A stretch of DNA of 64,000 bases from Treponemataceae bacterium (GTDB lineage: Bacteria > Spirochaetota > Spirochaetia > Treponematales > Rectinemataceae), in the NCBI GenBank assembly GCA_963677895.2, contig CAXXGJ010000006.1:1-64000 (forward strand). Reading direction: 5' to 3'. This document shows, in pieces, positions 57,931 through 64,000 of this stretch. Position numbers and translations under genes: made by a program. A model generated the notes under the pieces. That model made no database searches and had not been told where the DNA came from. It saw nothing but the letters and a program-made list of their open reading frames with translations. Within the stretch, counting starts at the first letter, position 1. The number at the start of each line of letters is the position of its first letter.

Positions 57931-58749
57931 TTAACACTTCAATTTATCAGCAAGATCTTTTACCGAAGCAAAAGTATACGTAGGTTTAATATCACCATTT
58001 AATATGTCTTCTATTTTAGCTTCCCCTGTTAGCACACAAATACTAGTAACTCCAGCATTTATACCTGCCGAAATATCTGTATAAAGTCTATCTCCAATGA
58101 TTGTAGTATCTTTTTTCGTATAGCTAAACTTTTTCATCACTTCATAAACCATAGTCGGCTCTGGTTTTCCGATATAAATTGGTTCTCTTCTTGTTGCATT
58201 TTTTAAAATCATGCAAATAGATCCACAATCTGGTATAAAGCCAAAACTTACCGGACAAGTAAGATCAGGGTTTGTAGCGTAGAATGGAATATCACGCATT
58301 AACAGCTCACACGTGTTTCTTATTTTTTTGCTTGTAAGTTCTGTGTCAAAACCTACAAGAACCAAGTCTACATCAGGCTCAACTTCTTCAGTAACAATTA
58401 GACCTGATTCTCTTAACTCAGTAATTAATGATTTTGTTCCTTGACAATAAATTTTTATTTTAGGATATTTTTCTTTTAACATGAGAATAGTGGCTTGGAC
58501 GGAGGTAAAGAAGTTTTCTTTATCAGCTTTAATTCCTAATCGGTTAATTTTATAGATATAATCCACCACAGACTTAGAAGAATTATTTGTAATAAATATA
58601 TACCTTCCTCCACTTTCCTCTATATACTTTATCAATTCTAAAGTACCATCAAATAGGCACTCTTCTTCATATATTGTACCATCCATATCAAATAGAAATA
58701 GTTTTTTCTCTTTTAACTCGGCTGCAATATTATTAAAAATATCTTCCAT
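57931..58749 (-). CDS. gtp3: HAD-IIA hydrolase, Gtp3-like
   Basis: FDMDGT, TNNS, ATNPD, GKPEP, GDRLYTD; AT-rich; adjacent to the Gtp2-like gene. Confidence 0.8.
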   Translation of the reverse strand: MEDIFNNIAAELKEKKLFLFDMDGTIYEEECLFDGTLELIKYIEESGGRYIFITNNSSKSVVDYIYKINRLGIKADKENFFTSVQATILMLKEKYPKIKIYCQGTKSLITELRESGLIVTEEVEPDVDLVLVGFDTELTSKKIRNTCELLMRDIPFYATNPDLTCPVSFGFIPDCGSICMILKNATRREPIYIGKPEPTMVYEVMKKFSYTKKDTTIIGDRLYTDISAGINAGVTSICVLTGEAKIEDILNGDIKPTYTFASVKDLADKLKC

Positions 58750-58754
58750 ATCAT

Positions 58755-59462
58755 TCAGTCCTTAAACAATTTCTCTGCAGCTGCAAGATCTTCATGGTTA
58801 TCTATTTCAAACCACCGGCCAACAAGCGGAGAAGCCCTAAATTCTATCAATGGAAGAATTTCATTCAAAGCTACTTCACTCCACTTTTTAAATTCTTTTT
58901 TTTCTTCAATGAATTCAGCACACTTATTAAAGAATACTTCTCCACCTTCTTTGGAAAACTTATAAACATCAATTGAAGATCCTAGTGCGTTTTCTTGTGT
59001 AACTTCTTTTGAAATTTCTACTAATCTTCCACCTTTTTCAACTACCTTCATAGACTCTTCTTTGTAGGTACCAATGTCTGTAACAATAGTATTAGGAAAG
59101 GAATTGAGCAAGAGAGCGGAAACTATAGAAGCATCATAGAAAACATCAGAATTCATCATTAAAAATGCACCACCGCATACATTCATCCTACCAAGATATG
59201 CAGAATACATATTATTTGTATTCGCATAGTCAACATTCTTTATGATTTTTATATCTTGCCATTTTTCATGAACTGCTTTCTCAAGAACCTCTGCCTTATA
59301 GCCAGAAATAATAGTAATGTCTTTTATATTGTTTTCGTATAAGTTTTCTATTTGCTTAAAGAGAATAGGTTTTCCATTTACAGGTACCAGAGATTTTGGA
59401 CATGTAAGAGTAATAGGTGTAAGTCTTGTACCTAATCCAGCTGCTAAAATCAATGCTTTCAT
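58755..59462 (-). CDS. gtp2: NTP transferase (LicC-like cytidylyltransferase), Gtp2-like
   Basis: MKALILAAGLGTRL..PKSL, TNNMYS, WFEIDNHEDL; from memory resembles pneumococcal Gtp2. Confidence 0.8.
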   Translation of the reverse strand: MKALILAAGLGTRLTPITLTCPKSLVPVNGKPILFKQIENLYENNIKDITIISGYKAEVLEKAVHEKWQDIKIIKNVDYANTNNMYSAYLGRMNVCGGAFLMMNSDVFYDASIVSALLLNSFPNTIVTDIGTYKEESMKVVEKGGRLVEISKEVTQENALGSSIDVYKFSKEGGEVFFNKCAEFIEEKKEFKKWSEVALNEILPLIEFRASPLVGRWFEIDNHEDLAAAEKLFKD

Positions 59463-59476
59463 AGTTCCTCCAAAAG

Positions 59477-59527
59477 CTACAAATATATTTTCTTCAAAAT
59501 TTCATCACGTAAATAATTTTTAAAAGC
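59477..59527 (-). pseudogene. 16-codon C-terminal remnant of the gene upstream of gtp2 (possibly gtp1)
   Basis: AFKNYLRDEILKKIYL* ends just before the gtp2 SD and starts at the IS30 end. Confidence 0.4.
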
Positions 59528-59528
59528 T

Positions 59529-59926
59529 GGCTCTTTCAAGTTTGAAATGCGAACGAGATTCGGGAAAAAAGCTCGTTCGGAGTCCGATAGCCAAGTGATT
59601 TCCTAGGTCGATTATTGATCTTATCAACGTATATTACAAACTGTTTTTTTGAGAACCAATCAAGACGATATTTTTTAAGCAAGTATTGGCGAAGAAGTCC
59701 ATTGGTATGCTCATTCAGTCCTCGTTCCCATGGGTGATAGGGATGTGCAAAAAATATCTGAACGTTGATCGCTTTAGATAGTTTTTTATGTTCAGCAAAT
59801 TCTTTTCTATTATCAACAGTAATTGTCTTGCGATTTTCCTTTGGAATACCAGAAAAGACTCCATACGCTTCTATGCGTAGCTCTATCGCAGTTTTTTCCT
59901 CAAGGGGAAAAGCAACAAGGTACTTA
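59529..59926 (-). mobile_element. IS30 family transposase C-terminal fragment with right end (not in the ORF track)
   Basis: Manual translation ...TITVDNRKEFAEH...FAHPYHPWERGLNEHTNGLLRQY...INNRPRKSLGYRTP...FQT*; stop at 59536-59538. Confidence 0.9.
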
Positions 59927-61565
59927 GGGGTTTCTTAAAAACCCTCTTTTCTATCTTTCAGGCAGCATTAGCTGCCCTTCAACCCAAAGAAAAGAGTTCC
60001 TAATCAGTTCGTTAATAGCATTAATAAGCGACACAAAAAAGGCTTTCGCCTTTCTCCTCGCCAACACCATTAGGTTCATCACCAAGAACACCATCATAAT
60101 CGATGTCTCGCTCGTTTCCTTAAGTCTTGTACCAATTCTATCGAGCGTATAACGTCGCTTCGCCTCTCCAAACTTCCCTTCTACCGCAATCCTCGTACTC
60201 TCATCTTCTCGCTCGATCCTTTTTTGTTCTCGTCTTCTTTCTCTATTATTATCGTTGTCTTTGAATGGCCTTCCCAGCTTCGGCCCCGATAATTGTATCC
60301 CATATTCATGACAGTACTGCAGATTCTCTCGCGTCCTATAGATCTTATCCGCACACACTACTTCCGGATATTTCCCATAGCGTTGCTTATATCTTTCAAT
60401 TTGCCCTTTCAAATCTTTGCATTCGTTATAGGCATCCCACGAGAGCCTATAGACCTGCGCCATCACATCCACAAGGCTCAAGGAGAGCTTTGCTCCAAAC
60501 TCATACATCCCCCTGGCCTTCCCCTCTCGCTATTGGCCGTACCCAGGGTTTACTTATGCTTAAGATCCTTCCCTCTATTGACCAAGTATCGCTGCGGTAC
60601 AATTGCTTCTGCTGCCGGACCAATTCTCCGATCACCCACAGATCCTGCCGCTGCTTCCGGGAAAGAACGCTTAAATCTACTTTATCCTTGTATTCATTGA
60701 TCAACCGTAGATTCCGCTCAACATACTGGATCTACGTTTTTATCGCTTTTCTAATCGTGTTCACTCTCGGTTTTCGATTTCGTATGAAGGTCAGAAACTC
60801 TTTCCTTGCCTTCTTCCGATACGTCCTCGGCTTCTCCTAGCCTTCGGACATCTCTTTGTGGAGCGTATCGATGATCCTTTCTGTCTTCCTTCTCGCTTCA
60901 TCCAGCAGCGTCACATCGTGGAGGAATCTTATGTCTTCGGGCGCACAGGTCGCATCAACAATCAACGTACCTTTATTCTCGCTTTCCTTTGCTTCCCCTT
61001 CTCCTGAACAATTCCCCTTATCGTCATCATTGTGGCTTTCGTCATCGGCTTTGCTTTTCTCTATGATCAGATCATTCACTTCTTTTAGGATATCCGCTGA
61101 CAGCCTCTTTCTGAAATGCACCATCATGCTCGGATCGAAAGGTATTTCATATTTGTACCCTTCATATCCCAGGAAGTATTGCTAGTAGGGATTCTCTCGT
61201 ATATCTTCTACCAGCTCTTCGTCAGATAGATTCTTCTTCCCTTTTATAATGAGAGCGCCTAACGCGACTTTTACCGGGATCGCCGGTCTACCATTATTGG
61301 CGACAAACAGTTTGGAATACTTTTCTTCAACATCTTTCCATGGTATTAGGCTTGCCAAGATTACCCATCGGTTATCTGCTTTCAGGCTGCCCCCGAACAC
61401 CATGTCGAACTGGTCAAACTCAGGCGTATACTTTGGTATTCTGTACATCTCGCCTTCCAAGTGCACGACTTTTTCATGTTTCTCTTCAATTTCCGTGCAC
61501 TTTTCTGGTCCATTATACCATATATCCCTTTGCCTAATTTGACTTTATTACTTTTTCAGGAGCTC
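59927..61565 (-). mobile_element. Full-length but inactivated IS5-family element
   Basis: IRs GGTTTCTTAAAAA / (A)GCTCCTGAAAAA; transposase 61448..59951 broken by TAG at 61182, 60837 and 60732 plus a frameshift at the C4 run 60521-60524; ADKIY and R.AVEGKFGEAKR motifs. Confidence 0.9.
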
Positions 61566-61663
61566 TCATCTATGTTTTCTTATTCCATCAATGTCTATTC
61601 GTATATGTCTAATAGATTTTTTCAATTTCTAGCTACAATTTTCCGGGAAATTAGGTTTCAATA

Positions 61664-61752
61664 AACTTCTTTCTCATGATAGACTCTCCTTCTCTTAGCA
61701 TATTCTACATAATTAATTTTCTATAGTGTCCATAACCACTAAACTCAGCATA
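61664..61752 (-). mobile_element. Degenerate left end of an IS3 relative
   Basis: Aligns without gaps to 55312-55400, with the same 75-nt end-to-ATG spacing and MRKKF start, then stops. Confidence 0.75.
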
Positions 61753-61772
61753 CTTTATTTTTACGTTTAAGG

Positions 61773-62894
61773 TTAATTATTAATAGCAATATTTTTGATA
61801 AGTTGAGCAAGATACTCAGGACCAGGTTCGTCATAGAAATTGATCTGTTTTAAGAATCTATCTAGGTTATTTTTATATTGCTTTTCATCAAATTCAATAA
61901 TATTTTTTAACATTGATATATTACTATCTGCAAATGGAGCTGGTAAACTTTTAATATTAAATTCAAATCCCCGCTCATAATCCTTCCAATCCTCAGCATA
62001 TATAAAAGTTATTTTATCTAAGCGCATACCGAAGAATAGTACACTCGAATAATCAGAAACAACAATATCTGAAGCATGAACTAAATCATCAAGTTCTTGA
62101 ACAATTGACCCATCTAATACTCTATCGTTATATTTTATATCTTTTTGATAATTAAAAAGATTAGGATGAAGACGTACAAGAATTCTCCAGTCACCACCAA
62201 AACGGTTTTCTAATACTTTTAGAATATCATTGTAGCTTAAATTGTATGGCCCTAAATTTTCATCAGAACGAAACGTTGGAGCATACAACATAATCCTTGA
62301 TGTTTTAGGGATTCTATATTTACTTTTCACATTATTAATAATGTTTTCAATTTCTTCTCTTGTTTTTTTCAGTTGCCTAACAGCGCATTTTACGATATCT
62401 CCATTACTCCATAAAAATCCATTTTTATACTTTTGGTATTGCCATTCATTATCACAAATAAATAAATCAACCATGCTCGAATCATACTTTGCTCGCTTAA
62501 TATAATTGGCGCTTAATGTTTTTTCAGTATCTGCTTCAGCCTTTTTTATCCCAACACTTCCATGCCATGTTTGAATATAGTATTGTCCTTTTCGTTTTTT
62601 CATCCACAAATATTTTCTAGAATTGTCAACCCAAACCTTTGCTGTTTCTAATTCAAACAATTCTGCTAGAGAATAGGGGGTAACTGTTCTTATTCCTTTT
62701 GGTATAATTGCTCCTTTAGGTAGAATCCAAACAATTTCTAGGTTTTTATCATCTAGTAATACATCAGAAATATTTTTTGGCGCATCATTGTAATACTTAC
62801 CATGAAAACTAGAAAAAACAATCTTATTTGATTTTATTGGAAATACGCAAAATATTTGTGCAACAATTTTCGCAAAAATTCGTTTTATCGACAT
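61773..62894 (-). CDS. CDP-glycerol glycerophosphotransferase (TagF/WchX-like)
   Basis: YIQTWHG, LYAPTFR, RLHP, SDYSS motifs; very AT-rich. Confidence 0.9.
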   Translation of the reverse strand: MSIKRIFAKIVAQIFCVFPIKSNKIVFSSFHGKYYNDAPKNISDVLLDDKNLEIVWILPKGAIIPKGIRTVTPYSLAELFELETAKVWVDNSRKYLWMKKRKGQYYIQTWHGSVGIKKAEADTEKTLSANYIKRAKYDSSMVDLFICDNEWQYQKYKNGFLWSNGDIVKCAVRQLKKTREEIENIINNVKSKYRIPKTSRIMLYAPTFRSDENLGPYNLSYNDILKVLENRFGGDWRILVRLHPNLFNYQKDIKYNDRVLDGSIVQELDDLVHASDIVVSDYSSVLFFGMRLDKITFIYAEDWKDYERGFEFNIKSLPAPFADSNISMLKNIIEFDEKQYKNNLDRFLKQINFYDEPGPEYLAQLIKNIAINN

Positions 62895-62974
62895 TGAAAA
62901 TTCCTTTATAAAATATCAAGTATTTTTATAGGAAAGTTTATTTCAAGAATGCTTAACTTTAGCTTTTCAATTGT

Positions 62975-64000
62975 TTAGGTTATATTTTCTTTTATAAAAG
63001 CAATTAAATAAAACATCGTATCATTTTTTATAATAATATTAGCTAAAAGATACGTAAATACACCTATAATAATCTGTATACATAAAAGTAAAAAAGCATT
63101 AATTTCGAATGTACCAATAAAGCAAACCACTACGCACATTATAAGAGATGTTATGAGATTTGGCAATAAATCAAAAAACTGATGTTTTCCACTGTAACCT
63201 AGTAACTTTCTATTTGGGATTGAATTTACAATAATCGCAATAAATGTACACACAATAGATGAAAAAGCTAATTCTATTGGACTTTTACAAAAAGCCAAGA
63301 ACAACCCAATCGTTAAAAAATACAGGGACTTCTTAATTATTTCTATATACAGATACATATCACTTCGGCCCATTGCTTTTATTACTTCGCAATTACCAAT
63401 ATGTATCATATCAAACATAAATACAATACAAAAGATTCTAATATACGGAACTATCTGCATCCATTTTTCTGTTAGTATTACTTCCACAAAGTTATCTGCT
63501 ATCGCATAAAAACCAAGCATAAACGGGAATGCAATAAATGATACGACTCTTATGAAGCGCCTTGTGTAATTCAATAGAGCTTTCTTATCATCTTGAAATT
63601 TTGAAAGCACTGGGAATAATACTGCCTGTAAAGTGTTTGTTGTTGCAGTAGATGCAAGTTTTGGAAAACTACGTCCTTTTGTATAAAAAGATAAATCTGC
63701 GTTAGTAAATTTTAATCCAATTATAATTGGATTAATTTCTGTATATATAGTTGCTATTACAGATGAAATAAGGATTTTCCAACCATAGCCAAAGAGAATC
63801 TTTAGCCTAACCAATGAAATTTTTAGCTTGACATGTATTCGTGTAGTAATAACTAGAATGAAAGTACCAACGACTGTATTTGTCATTTCTTGCGTTACAA
63901 GTGCCCATGCTCCATATCCTTTGATTGCCATCCATATTCCAACAACACCTGAAAGTATACTACCTCCCAATGTTGCAAAAAAAAACTTCTTAAATAACAG
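62975..64000 (-). CDS. wzx: Wzx flippase (partial; runs off the window end)
   Basis: Multi-TM; GYGAWALV, VLFPVLS, KW..VP, A.GRSD motifs; frame is open to base 64000. Confidence 0.9.
   Translation of the reverse strand: MLFKKFFFATLGGSILSGVVGIWMAIKGYGAWALVTQEMTNTVVGTFILVITTRIHVKLKISLVRLKILFGYGWKILISSVIATIYTEINPIIIGLKFTNADLSFYTKGRSFPKLASTATTNTLQAVLFPVLSKFQDDKKALLNYTRRFIRVVSFIAFPFMLGFYAIADNFVEVILTEKWMQIVPYIRIFCIVFMFDMIHIGNCEVIKAMGRSDMYLYIEIIKKSLYFLTIGLFLAFCKSPIELAFSSIVCTFIAIIVNSIPNRKLLGYSGKHQFFDLLPNLITSLIMCVVVCFIGTFEINAFLLLCIQIIIGVFTYLLANIIIKNDTMFYLIAFIKENIT

Noticed and set aside
59951..61448. Amber recoding of the IS5 transposase
   Set aside because: An independent frameshift is present and normal genes in the window end in TAG

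Overview
Bacterial chromosomal window, mostly GC-rich with several lower-GC blocks. Protein styles (lipoboxes, OppA type) suggest a free-living anaerobic spirochaete, but this is inference only. 1-2.5 kb: lower-GC membrane TPR protein and a hicAB toxin-antitoxin pair. 2.5-10 kb: an HTH/Cys-rich regulator with tandem palindromic operators, an orphan metQ preceded by a 31-aa uORF, an SdrD-B-repeat lipoprotein, and a MerR regulator with a 19-bp-spacer promoter driving a flavinylated UrdA-like reductase. 10-22 kb: oppABCDF, an iron-containing alcohol dehydrogenase and sbcDC. 22-31 kb: a YesMN-like two-component system with a sugar ABC transporter, esterases (one frameshifted) and an aldo/keto reductase. 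31-38 kb: C69 peptidase, a TPR-GT2-acyltransferase operon and an AbiE-like type IV TA pair. 38-55 kb: a minus-strand surface-polysaccharide locus (Wzi-like, MarR-EPS, WecA-like, Wzz-like, a ~2,450-aa polysaccharide export protein with about 21 beta-grasp modules, rfbB, PglC/F/E-like). 55-64 kb: nested IS debris (IS3, two IS5-family copies, IS200, an uncalled IS30 fragment, a degenerate IS3 end) interleaved with an AT-rich wzx / wchX-like / gtp2 / gtp3 cassette that appears to have lost gtp1. No rRNA, tRNA or CRISPR array was recognised. All family assignments come from motif recognition by eye; no searches were run.
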